Position numbers and translations under genes: made by a program. From Bacteroidota bacterium (GTDB lineage: Bacteria; Bacteroidota; Bacteroidia; Chitinophagales; Chitinophagaceae), in contig JAFDXI010000043.1 of assembly GCA_018268035.1 (NCBI GenBank), positions 17,169 through 49,168 on the forward strand: 32,000 nt of DNA. Direction: 5' to 3'. Below, piece by piece: positions 19,365 to 32,000 of the stretch. Below the pieces are notes generated by a model. That model was not told the origin of the DNA. It saw only the letters and a list, made by a program, of their open reading frames with translations, and searched no databases. Every line of letters starts with the position of its first letter. The first letter of the stretch is position 1.

Positions 19365-22300
19365 ATGAAAATGAGAACTTTTTTTTATTTGTTAGTAGCG
19401 GTCTTATGTACGGTTACCAATGCTCATTCCCAAAAAAATGATTGGGAAAACCCGGAGCTGTCTTCATACAATACAGTGAAGCCGCATGCATATTTTATTC
19501 CTTATGAATCTGAAAAAGCAGCGTTGAAAGCAGACACATCTGCATTTGTCATGTCATTGGATGGTATATGGAAATTTAATATTGTAAAAAATCCCGGAGA
19601 CCGCCCGGTTGATTTTTATAAAAATGATTTTGATGTAAGTGGATGGAAAAATATTAAAGTGCCTGCCAACTGGCAGACTGAAGGATATGATAGTTACATC
19701 TTTACTGATGTGGAATATCCTATACCACCCAACCCGCCGTATGTGCCAAAAGATTTCAACCCGGTTGGTTCTTATAAAAGAAATTTTGAGTTGCCGAAAA
19801 AATGGAATGGAAAAGATGTATTCATCAGGTTGGGTGCAGTCAATTCTTTTTTTTATTTATGGATTAACGGAAAATATGTTGGCTTTCACAAAGACAGTAA
19901 AACACCCGGAGAATTTGATATAACACCATACTTAATACCAGGGAAAAATATTGTTGCATTGCAGGTGTTTCGTTTTAGTGATGGCACATACCTTGAAGGT
20001 CAGGATATGTGGAAACTCAGTGGCATTGAAAGAAATGTATGTCTTATTACAAGGTCAAAAACTTCCGTTCGTGATTTTTTTATTAAAGCAGGATTAGATG
20101 AAAATTATGCAAACGGAATTTTCAATCTGGATATAGAATTAAACCGTCTTGAAAAAGAAGATGCATCAAAATCGTTGCGGGTAATATTGTTGGATGATAT
20201 CAGTGGGAAACCTCTGTATGATAGAAAAGAATTTCTTGCACAAAAAAATTTTCATTTCAATACAACAATAGCTGATGTCCGGAAATGGACTGCAGAGACA
20301 CCTAATCTCTACACAGTTGTTATAAACCTGTTAGACAAAAATGGAAAAGTGATAGAATCCATTGCACATAAAACCGGTTTCAGGACTGTTGAAATAAAAC
20401 ATGGATTGTTTTTGGTAAATGGCAAAGCGATAAAAATAAAAGGCGCTAACCGTCATGAGCATGATATGTTTACTGCGAATGTGATAACACCTGCATTGAT
20501 GCTGAAAGATATTGAACTGATGAAACAATATAACATCAATGCAGTACGTACCAGTCATTATCCAAATAATGAAAAGTGGTATGAGCTCTGTAACCAATAC
20601 GGAATCTATGTGGTTGATGAAGCCAACATTGAATGTGATGGCATGAGTTTTTCACCTTTAAAAACTTTATCTGATAAACCGGAATGGAAAGCTGCATACC
20701 TCGCAAGGACTTCAGCCATGTTTGAAAGAGATAAAAATTTTTCATGCATTGTAACCTGGTCTTTGGGAAATGAAAGCCGCTTTGGTGAAAATTTTATTGC
20801 CACTTACAAATATTTAAAAGAGAATGATAACACCAGGCCTGTGCAATATGAAGAAGCACAGAATACACCTTACACTGATATCATTCCCCCGATGTATAAA
20901 AACCTGGGTGTGATGATGGAGTATGTAAAAGAGTGGAGGCCTAAACCTTTTATTCAATGTGAGTATGCACACATGATGGGAAATAGTGGCGGCAACCTGG
21001 AAGACGATTGGGATTTGATGTATAAATATGACCAGTTGCAGGGTGGTTTTATCTGGGACTTTGTGGACCAGACTTTTAAGATAAAAGATAAGAAAGGAAG
21101 GGATATATGGGGATATGGACGTGATATGGGCATCGTTGGAGCAACGAGTGATACAAGCTTTCCTGCAGATGCAATTTTTGCTGCAGACCGCACTCCTCAT
21201 CCACAGGCTTTTGAATTGAAAAAAGTTTATCAGAATGTTTATTTTGAAACAGTGCCACTCAGCGATAATGAAATAAAAATCACCAACAGGTATGATTTTA
21301 CTGACTTAAATAAATACATCATCCGGTGGAATATAAAAGCTGATGGTAAAATAATTTCACAGGGTGAATTGCCTTCAATTAATTTATCACCCGGTCAATC
21401 AACGATTGTTGTCATTCCATTTCCAGAAATAAATGTGCAGCCACGCACAGAATATTTTTTGAATCTTGAAGCAATTACAAAAGATGCGGCTCCATTGGTT
21501 CCTGCAGGGTTCACTGTGGCTACTGAGCAATTCAGGTTGCCATATTATGATGCTTCGTCATTGCCATCAATAATGGGTTTTCAACCATTGCATGAAGAAA
21601 AAGATGGAAACAGTATCATCATAAAAGGAGAAAAATTTTCTGTGTCTTTTGACAGGAATAAAGGTTTGTTAAATGGATACAGTATAAATAAAAATGAAAT
21701 CATTCAGGAAGCATTGCAACCACATTTCTGGCGGGCAGCGACGGATAATGATATCGGCAACAGTCAGCAGGTTCGTTGTGCTGTGTGGCAACATGCGTTT
21801 GATGATGCAAAGCTTACTTCATTTTTTATTGATACATCCAATGAGTTGGCGTATAAAATAAAAACAATTCATTTGCTGCCTTCTGTTAATGCACAGTATA
21901 TCACATCGTACATTATAAAAGCAGATGGCGATGTGAAAATAAATGCAACCATGCTGGCTGGTGATTCTTCATTACCTGAGTTGCCGCGTTTTGGTATGAG
22001 GGTGATTTTAAATAGTGGTTATGATGAGGCGAAATGGCTGGGCAGGGGACCGTTTGATAATTATTCCGACAGGAAATACGCAGCTAACGTTGATGTATTT
22101 GCGATGCCCGCTGATTCATTGTTTCATCCTTATGCACGTGCTCAGGAAAGTGGTTATCGTACGGATGCACGGTGGGTGGGTTTGTTCAATAAACAAGGAG
22201 AAGGATTGGTGGCTGTGGCAGATTCACTCATTAGTACGGGTATTCTGCATTTCAACATGAACCGGCTTGACTTCGACCGTTATGCACCTGAAAATAATCA

Positions 22301-22493
22301 TGGCGGTTCTATGGATAATGATAGTTTAATCTGGTGGAATATTGATTATGCACAATGTGGAGTTGGAGGTGATAATGCCTGGGGAGCAAAGCCACATTCG
22401 GAATACCAGTTGCCTTACAGGAATTATTCATATTCATTTACGTTGAGGCCTGTGTTTGCAGGAAAAGATGTGGTGGAAGTTGCAAAGAAGTAG
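19365..22493 (+). CDS. lacZ: GH2 beta-galactosidase (LacZ-type), periplasmic
   Basis: 1042 aa with a signal peptide. LacZ motifs are present: NRHEH, the acid/base region WSLGNES, the nucleophile region CEYAHMMGNSGG, and the C-terminal small-chain domain HFWRAATDNDIG. Confidence 0.9.
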   Translation: MKMRTFFYLLVAVLCTVTNAHSQKNDWENPELSSYNTVKPHAYFIPYESEKAALKADTSAFVMSLDGIWKFNIVKNPGDRPVDFYKNDFDVSGWKNIKVPANWQTEGYDSYIFTDVEYPIPPNPPYVPKDFNPVGSYKRNFELPKKWNGKDVFIRLGAVNSFFYLWINGKYVGFHKDSKTPGEFDITPYLIPGKNIVALQVFRFSDGTYLEGQDMWKLSGIERNVCLITRSKTSVRDFFIKAGLDENYANGIFNLDIELNRLEKEDASKSLRVILLDDISGKPLYDRKEFLAQKNFHFNTTIADVRKWTAETPNLYTVVINLLDKNGKVIESIAHKTGFRTVEIKHGLFLVNGKAIKIKGANRHEHDMFTANVITPALMLKDIELMKQYNINAVRTSHYPNNEKWYELCNQYGIYVVDEANIECDGMSFSPLKTLSDKPEWKAAYLARTSAMFERDKNFSCIVTWSLGNESRFGENFIATYKYLKENDNTRPVQYEEAQNTPYTDIIPPMYKNLGVMMEYVKEWRPKPFIQCEYAHMMGNSGGNLEDDWDLMYKYDQLQGGFIWDFVDQTFKIKDKKGRDIWGYGRDMGIVGATSDTSFPADAIFAADRTPHPQAFELKKVYQNVYFETVPLSDNEIKITNRYDFTDLNKYIIRWNIKADGKIISQGELPSINLSPGQSTIVVIPFPEINVQPRTEYFLNLEAITKDAAPLVPAGFTVATEQFRLPYYDASSLPSIMGFQPLHEEKDGNSIIIKGEKFSVSFDRNKGLLNGYSINKNEIIQEALQPHFWRAATDNDIGNSQQVRCAVWQHAFDDAKLTSFFIDTSNELAYKIKTIHLLPSVNAQYITSYIIKADGDVKINATMLAGDSSLPELPRFGMRVILNSGYDEAKWLGRGPFDNYSDRKYAANVDVFAMPADSLFHPYARAQESGYRTDARWVGLFNKQGEGLVAVADSLISTGILHFNMNRLDFDRYAPENNHGGSMDNDSLIWWNIDYAQCGVGGDNAWGAKPHSEYQLPYRNYSYSFTLRPVFAGKDVVEVAKK

Positions 22494-22670
22494 AAGCATA
22501 TTTATATGTGACTAAAGTTAAATAATTGAGTCTATCACTTCAAAGTAGCATTGAGATTAAATTGAGAAAAACAAATGTTTTACCACAAATATTCAAAGAC
22601 ACAAAGTATCACTAAGAAACAAATTGAAAAGACCATTGTCAAGCTTTCTGACTTCGTGTCTTTGCGGTAA

Positions 22671-26991
<4,321 letters not shown>

Positions 26992-27031
26992 GAAACTGTA
27001 TTGTGAATTTTGATTCAACCCATCATAAATC

Positions 27032-27074
27032 AAAAGTGCAATTGATATCAATCATTCAGCTGCACTTTTTTATT
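27032..27074. terminator. Candidate bidirectional terminator between convergent genes
   Basis: AAAAGTGCA (27032-27040) pairs with TGCACTTTT (27061-27069), and T-rich sequence follows. The flanking A and T runs allow function on either strand. Confidence 0.5.
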
Positions 27075-27097
27075 TTAAAACATTGATGTATTTCCAT

Positions 27098-28009
27098 TCA
27101 CACTTTCAAAACATTGGCAAGGTAATTATAACTTTCTTTGATGCTGCTCATCGGATCTTTAGGCATATCATGCTCAACAAAAAAATGTTTCATGCCAGCA
27201 GCAGATGCTTTTTCAAATATTCTTTTAAAATCAATCGTACCCATTCCAACGGGCATTATGTTTTCAAGTGAGGCATCAAGATCTTTGACGTGCCAAAGCG
27301 GGAATCGACCAGGATTTTTCTTAAACATTTCAACAGGATCCCTTTTGCCTTTTATTGCCCATGCCAGGTCGAGTTCCATCTGCATGGTACCTTCTGTAAG
27401 TAGTATGTCATAAGGAATTTTTCCTTCCACTTCATGAAATTCCATATCATGGTTATGATAGGCAAATGTGATGCCTGCCTTTTTACAAGCTTCATCTGTT
27501 TTGTTTAGTACTTCAACAGAAGATTTTATTTCATCCAGTGTGCCTGTTGGTATATTGGCACAAACCAGGTATTCCACGCCTCCGTCTGCTGCTTCATCTA
27601 CCAGTTCCTGCATATTTTCTTTCAGATTCCTCATTGGAGGAATAGTGATTGGTTTCCCATTTGCATCTGTTGGCAATTTTGCACCTTTTGGTAATTTGAA
27701 AGGTGCACCCAATACATGATGTGATTTCCAACTCATTCCCATGCCGCTTAACATCGCTGCAAATTCTTTTGGCTTCATTCCATAATAACCTCCTTTTTTG
27801 CTGAATGCCGATTCAATTTCTTTGTATCCAACATCAGCAATTTTTTGTAAGGTGCCCTGTACATCTTCATCAATAATATTAAAGAAAGTAAAGAGCTGCA
27901 AACCGATTGCATGTTGTGAAGGGTAAGAACCTGCGAACATCTTATTTGAAATTAATAGTGAACCTAAAGTTGCATAACCTGAGTTTTTAATGAATGTTCT
28001 TCTGCGCAT
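27098..28009 (-). CDS. Tat-exported xylose-isomerase-like TIM-barrel protein (sugar phosphate isomerase/epimerase family)
   Basis: I prefer the ATG at 28007-28009, which gives MRRRTFIKNSGYATLGSLL, a twin-arginine signal. The TTG at 28069 in the ORF track adds 20 implausible residues. The body (FAYHNHDMEF...WHVKD...FFVEHD) fits the AP-endonuclease-2/xylose-isomerase-like TIM-barrel family. Confidence 0.75.
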   Translation of the reverse strand: MRRRTFIKNSGYATLGSLLISNKMFAGSYPSQHAIGLQLFTFFNIIDEDVQGTLQKIADVGYKEIESAFSKKGGYYGMKPKEFAAMLSGMGMSWKSHHVLGAPFKLPKGAKLPTDANGKPITIPPMRNLKENMQELVDEAADGGVEYLVCANIPTGTLDEIKSSVEVLNKTDEACKKAGITFAYHNHDMEFHEVEGKIPYDILLTEGTMQMELDLAWAIKGKRDPVEMFKKNPGRFPLWHVKDLDASLENIMPVGMGTIDFKRIFEKASAAGMKHFFVEHDMPKDPMSSIKESYNYLANVLKV

Positions 28010-28413
28010 CAGATTTTTTTTAATAGTGATTAATATTTTGAAATAAACATTTATTAACCCTGTCTTCAAAATAAATTAGTATGACAAGCATTCAATGTTC
28101 GGTTTGAAAAATAAACATTTTGTAGAAATAAAAGTATAATGGTATTTCTTTTCTCTAAATGATTTTTTTACATCAGTGTCAAACTTACAGCCGTTAGTTG
28201 AGTTCAATCAATAACCTGGGAAGTGGAATATTGAAATTGCGTTTTTCTGTTTGCTTTTCTGATATCAGGTGAGCATTTCAATGGTGAACAAACATGCGTT
28301 TCATAAAAAATGTAAGAGGGATCATTACTCAAAAACAATCAATCATCTTGTAAAAACTGTTACCATGTAATTAACATTATCAGATTAACAACAAAAAATA
28401 ACCTGCTGGCCGT

Positions 28414-28421
28414 TACATTTG
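28414..28421 (+). promoter_or_regulatory. Candidate -7 box (TAnnTTTG) for carB
   Basis: TACATTTG lies 17 nt upstream of the ATG at 28438. This is a motif match only. Confidence 0.35.
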
Positions 28422-28437
28422 CACAATTTGTTTTGAT

Positions 28438-30084
28438 ATGCCAAAAGATAATTCTATTAAATCTGTTTTAATTATTGGTTCAGGACCCATCATTATTGGA
28501 CAGGCTTGCGAGTTTGATTACAGTGGTTCACAAGCAGCACGGAGTTTGCGGGAAGAAGGAATAAAAGTTGTGCTCATCAACAGCAACCCTGCTACTATCA
28601 TGACCGATCCGATGATGGCAGATAAAGTTTATTTATTACCATTGACAGTAGAAAGCCTTGAACAGATTTTAGAAGAAAATGACATAGATGCTGTGTTGCC
28701 TACAATGGGTGGGCAAACTGCATTAAACCTTTGTATTGAAGCCGATGAACTTGGTGTTTGGGATAAATATAAAGTGCGTTTGATTGGTGTGGATGTAGAT
28801 GCGATAAAAGTGGCGGAAGACAGGGAAAAGTTCAGACAATTAATGTTTGAAATTGGAATCAAAGTCGCTCCAAGCCATGTTGCCAATAGTTTTTTAGAAG
28901 GAAAAGAATTTGCACAGCAGATTGGTTTCCCATTAGTGATTCGCCCATCATTTACTTTAGGTGGAACAGGCGGCGGTTTTGTACATGATAAATCAGAATT
29001 GGATGATGCGTTGCAGCGTGGCTTGCAGGCTTCTCCTATTCATGAAGTGTTGGTGGAAAAAGCAGTGTTGGGGTGGAAAGAATTTGAACTCGAATTGTTG
29101 CGCGATAAAAATGATAATGTTGTTATCATCTGTACAGTTGAAAACCTTGACCCGATGGGAATTCATACCGGCGATTCCATAACAGTAGCGCCTGCGATGA
29201 CGTTGAGCGATACAGCCTACCAGGAAATGCGCAACCAGGCTATGAAGATGATGCGCAGCCTTGGCAATTTTGCCGGTGGTTGTAATGTGCAGTTTGCATT
29301 GAACCCTGAAACGGAAGAAATTATTGGGGTAGAAATAAATCCAAGGGTGAGCCGCTCTTCTGCGTTGGCAAGCAAGGCCACAGGATATCCAATCGCTAAG
29401 ATTGCTGCAAAACTGGCAATAGGTTATTCACTGGATGAATTAAAAAATCAGATTACAAAAACGACATCTGCATATTTTGAACCAGCATTGGATTATGTGA
29501 TTGTAAAAATGCCGCGCTGGAATTTTGATAAATTCAAAGGCGCTAATGATACACTCGGTTTACAAATGAAAAGTGTAGGCGAGGTTATGGCTATCGGCAG
29601 GAGCTTCAACGAAGCCATTCAAAAAGCATGTCAGAGTTTGGAAAATGAAGCAGTGGGTTTAGGTTATTATGGCAAGAGCCTTATGAAGAGTGATGAGTTG
29701 ATTGAATACATCAAGACACCAAAATGGGATCGCATCTTTCGCATCAAAGATGCATTGATGCAGGGGGTAACAGCTAAAACTATTGTGCAGGAAACTTATA
29801 TTGACCGTTGGTTTATTTACCAGATACAGGAATTGGTAAGAATCGAAAAAGTATTAGCACATCATACGTTGGAAGATTTGCCTGTAGAGTTGTTGAAAGA
29901 AGCCAAGCGCAATGGCTTCAGTGATGAACAAATTGCACGTATCTTAAAGGATAACACTACTTCAGAACAGGTGTATGAAAAACGAAAAGCTTTAGGTATT
30001 ACAAGGGTGTATAAAATGGTAGATACCTGCAGTGCAGAGTTTGAAGCAAAGACCCCTTACTTCTATAGTTCGTTTGAAGGATAA
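28438..30084 (+). CDS. carB: Carbamoyl-phosphate synthetase large subunit, N-terminal half only (carboxyphosphate ATP-grasp plus oligomerisation domain)
   Basis: 548 aa, colinear with E. coli CarB residues 1 to about 548. Matching segments include [65 protein letters not shown] and [21 protein letters not shown]. The end, [21 protein letters not shown]-stop, corresponds to E. coli VDTCAAEF...YMYSTYEEE. A terminator follows the TAA. Confidence 0.9.
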   Translation: MPKDNSIKSVLIIGSGPIIIGQACEFDYSGSQAARSLREEGIKVVLINSNPATIMTDPMMADKVYLLPLTVESLEQILEENDIDAVLPTMGGQTALNLCIEADELGVWDKYKVRLIGVDVDAIKVAEDREKFRQLMFEIGIKVAPSHVANSFLEGKEFAQQIGFPLVIRPSFTLGGTGGGFVHDKSELDDALQRGLQASPIHEVLVEKAVLGWKEFELELLRDKNDNVVIICTVENLDPMGIHTGDSITVAPAMTLSDTAYQEMRNQAMKMMRSLGNFAGGCNVQFALNPETEEIIGVEINPRVSRSSALASKATGYPIAKIAAKLAIGYSLDELKNQITKTTSAYFEPALDYVIVKMPRWNFDKFKGANDTLGLQMKSVGEVMAIGRSFNEAIQKACQSLENEAVGLGYYGKSLMKSDELIEYIKTPKWDRIFRIKDALMQGVTAKTIVQETYIDRWFIYQIQELVRIEKVLAHHTLEDLPVELLKEAKRNGFSDEQIARILKDNTTSEQVYEKRKALGITRVYKMVDTCSAEFEAKTPYFYSSFEG

Positions 30085-30102
30085 TATACAAACAAAAATC
30101 AG

Positions 30103-30138
30103 GAACGGATAATGAATATACATCCGTTCTTGTTTTTT
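30103..30138. terminator. Rho-independent terminator, probably bidirectional (carB / ferritin)
   Basis: GAACGGAT (30103-30110) pairs with ATCCGTTC (30122-30129) around an 11-nt loop. TTGTTTTTT lies downstream and CAAAAATCA upstream. Confidence 0.6.
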
Positions 30139-30152
30139 ATGCATATCAGGTT

Positions 30153-30650
30153 TTATTCATTACCCATCAACATGATATCACGGTCGAATAAATACAAACC
30201 GCTTTTGTCGTCACCAATCAATTCCAATTTATCATTACATTCCCTGGCCAGTTTTTCTTCTTCTATTTGTTCGTTTACATACCACTGTAAAAAATTATGT
30301 GTTGCATAATCTTTTTCATTGAGCGCTATATCCACCAGTTCATTGATGCTGTTGCTCACATTTACTTCATGCCTGAACAATTCTTCAAAAGCTTTTTTTA
30401 GTGATACAAAGGTGAGCGTAGGTTGTACCAGTGCTGGTATTATTGCAAAGCCACCGCGTTCATTGATGTATTGGATGAGCTTCAGCATGTGCATCCTTTC
30501 TTCATCACTGTGCTTAAAGAAAAACTGAGTAACACCTTTTAAACCTGGTTGAATGTCGGCCCAACTTGCCATGGCAAGATATGCCTGTGATGATTGTGCT
30601 TCAACAAGAACCTGCTTGTTTAATGCATCCTGTATTGTTTTTGATAACAT
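30153..30650 (-). CDS. ftnA: Non-haem bacterial ferritin
   Basis: I prefer the ATG at 30648-30650 (MLSKTIQDALNKQV), which gives 165 aa. Ferroxidase-centre pattern as in E. coli FtnA is present: VEAQSS, EERMHM, RHEVN and NFLQWYVNEQIEEE. The 30686 start in the ORF track is a TTG extension. Confidence 0.9.
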   Translation of the reverse strand: MLSKTIQDALNKQVLVEAQSSQAYLAMASWADIQPGLKGVTQFFFKHSDEERMHMLKLIQYINERGGFAIIPALVQPTLTFVSLKKAFEELFRHEVNVSNSINELVDIALNEKDYATHNFLQWYVNEQIEEEKLARECNDKLELIGDDKSGLYLFDRDIMLMGNE

Positions 30651-30830
30651 AGCCGTTTGTTTTTTACAAAGAAAGTGATTTATCAAATTTCAACAATTAT
30701 TAATGCAGGGAAATAAAATTTAATTATTATTGCTACTTAATAATTATGAGCCATTTGAATATATTCGTTGTGTTTACAAAGGGTATTATAAAATCAATTC
30801 TCAATCAATCATTCGAATAAATAAAAACGT

Positions 30831-32000
30831 ATGAAATCAACTACTCGGGTTTCGCTCGCTATCATGATGTTTTTTCAATTTTTTATCTGGGGTGCGTGGT
30901 TTGTTACGATGGGTACTTATTTAGGTAGTGCAGCTATTAATGCTAATGGAAGTGAAATTGCTACTGCTTATTTAAGTCAAAGCATCGGGGCAGTAATTGC
31001 ACCATTTATTGTTGGTTTAATTGCTGATAAATTTTTTAATGCTGAAAGAATATTGAGTGTGTTGCATTTTGCAGGAGCAGTTATGTTGTGGTTATGTTCT
31101 ACTGCAACAGACTACAGTTCATTTGTTACATATATCATGATTTATATGATCCTTTATATGCCTACACTTGCGTTAGTAAATTCAATTTGTTTAAGACAGA
31201 TGAGTAATCCTAATGCAGAATTCCCGATTATACGTGTCTTGGGTAGTATAGGCTGGATTGTTGCAGGGTTAATCATAGGCTGGCTGGGTTGGGAACAAAA
31301 AGATGCTACCACACAACTAACACAGTTGCAGCTCACATTTAAGATGGCTGCCGGAGCAGCAGCTCTATTAGGATTATATAGTTTTAGTTTGCCAAAAACA
31401 CCGCCAGCAAAAAAAGGTGTCAAAACATCTGTTGGAGAAATTATGGGTTTGGATGCAATTCGATTATTAAAGAAACGCTCCTATTTAATTTTCTTTCTTG
31501 CATCAATAGCAATTTGTATTCCGCTTTCATTTTATTATAATTTCACCAATCCTTTTTTAAATGAAATAGGAATGAAAGGCGCTGCCGGTAAACAAACTTT
31601 CGGACAAATGTCAGAAGTGTTGTTTATGATTCTGATGCCTTTATTCTTCGCAAGATTGGGAGTAAAGAAAATGCTGGCATTTGCTATGCTTGCATGGGCA
31701 ATCCGTTATGTTTTCTTCGCTTATGGTAATACTACAAGTCTTGACTGGATGTTGCTCGGTGGTATTATACTTCATGGTATTTGTTATGATTTCTTTTTTG
31801 TTACCGGGCAGATTTATACTGATAACAATGCTGGTGTAAAATTTCAAAGCGCTGCACAGGGTTTCATTACTTTGGCAACTTATGGTGTAGGTATGTTGAT
31901 CGGAACTATTCTGTCAGGGAAAATTGTTGATAATTATACAGTAAATGGAGTACACGACTGGAAAGCAATCTGGGTCATCCCAGGAGGGATTGCCGTTGTA
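30831..32000 (+). CDS. nupG: Nucleoside:H+ symporter (NupG/XapB/YegT MFS family), 3'-partial at the window edge
   Basis: This ORF is absent from the ORF track because it has no stop in the window. My translation from the ATG at 30831 is open for 390 codons. It reads MKSTTRVSLAIMMFFQFFIWGAWFVTMGTYL...APFIVGLIADKF...YMPTLALVNS...FPIIRVLGSIGW...GLDAIRLLK...QMSEVLFMILMPLFFARLG.K...AWAIRYVFFAYG...SAAQGF. It is colinear with E. coli NupG. Confidence 0.85.
   Translation, partial: MKSTTRVSLAIMMFFQFFIWGAWFVTMGTYLGSAAINANGSEIATAYLSQSIGAVIAPFIVGLIADKFFNAERILSVLHFAGAVMLWLCSTATDYSSFVTYIMIYMILYMPTLALVNSICLRQMSNPNAEFPIIRVLGSIGWIVAGLIIGWLGWEQKDATTQLTQLQLTFKMAAGAAALLGLYSFSLPKTPPAKKGVKTSVGEIMGLDAIRLLKKRSYLIFFLASIAICIPLSFYYNFTNPFLNEIGMKGAAGKQTFGQMSEVLFMILMPLFFARLGVKKMLAFAMLAWAIRYVFFAYGNTTSLDWMLLGGIILHGICYDFFFVTGQIYTDNNAGVKFQSAAQGFITLATYGVGMLIGTILSGKIVDNYTVNGVHDWKAIWVIPGGIAVV

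Noticed and set aside
22594-22664. 9-bp inverted repeat (CAAAGACAC ... GTGTCTTTG) separated by 53 nt in the GH2/GH63 gap
   Set aside because: The stem is short relative to a very long loop and no T-tract follows. It could arise by chance and I cannot support a function. It is worth only a glance in Term-seq data.
30651-30830. Possible Fur box in the ferritin/nupG divergent promoter (AATTATTAAT, TAATAATTATGA)
   Set aside because: It shows only generic AT-rich dyad symmetry. It does not align convincingly with the 19-bp Fur consensus GATAATGATAATCATTATC, and the Bacteroidota Fur motif is not well enough defined for a call by eye.

Overview
AT-rich chromosomal segment with Bacteroidota hallmarks: a SusC/SusD pair, a T9SS C-terminal sorting domain, lipoprotein signal peptides and TAnnTTTG -7 promoter boxes. 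Much of it is housekeeping or ordinary envelope genes: lspA, fumC, a class-C beta-lactamase-family serine hydrolase, an ABC exporter pair, a META-domain lipoprotein, ferritin and a NupG-type nucleoside permease that runs off the right edge. The stand-out region is a plus-strand polysaccharide-utilisation-like locus at 12.4-27.0 kb. It encodes a membrane-spanning TPR/LuxR-HTH regulator, SusC, SusD, a periplasmic GH2 beta-galactosidase and a periplasmic GH63-like (YgjK-type) glycosidase. Its last gene overlaps the GH63-like stop codon and encodes a 768-aa cytoplasmic fusion. The N-terminal half closely resembles animal hydroxylysine kinase (HYKK/AGPHD1). The C-terminal half closely resembles the PLP-dependent phospho-lyases of the AGXT2L family (5-phosphohydroxylysine / phosphoethanolamine phospho-lyase). 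I infer, without proof, that the locus imports and dismantles Glc-alpha1,2-Gal-beta-O-hydroxylysine, the collagen-type glycoside. Other notable points: carB encodes only the N-terminal half of the carbamoyl-phosphate synthetase large subunit, ends exactly at a domain boundary and is followed by a terminator. A heavily decayed ORF6N-family gene lies at the left edge, next to about 0.7 kb of unexplained non-coding DNA. A secreted Cys-rich alpha/beta hydrolase is paired with a seven-repeat delta-60/T9SS protein. A perfect 11-bp tandem repeat sits upstream of susC. I saw no rRNA, tRNA, CRISPR array or intact mobile element.
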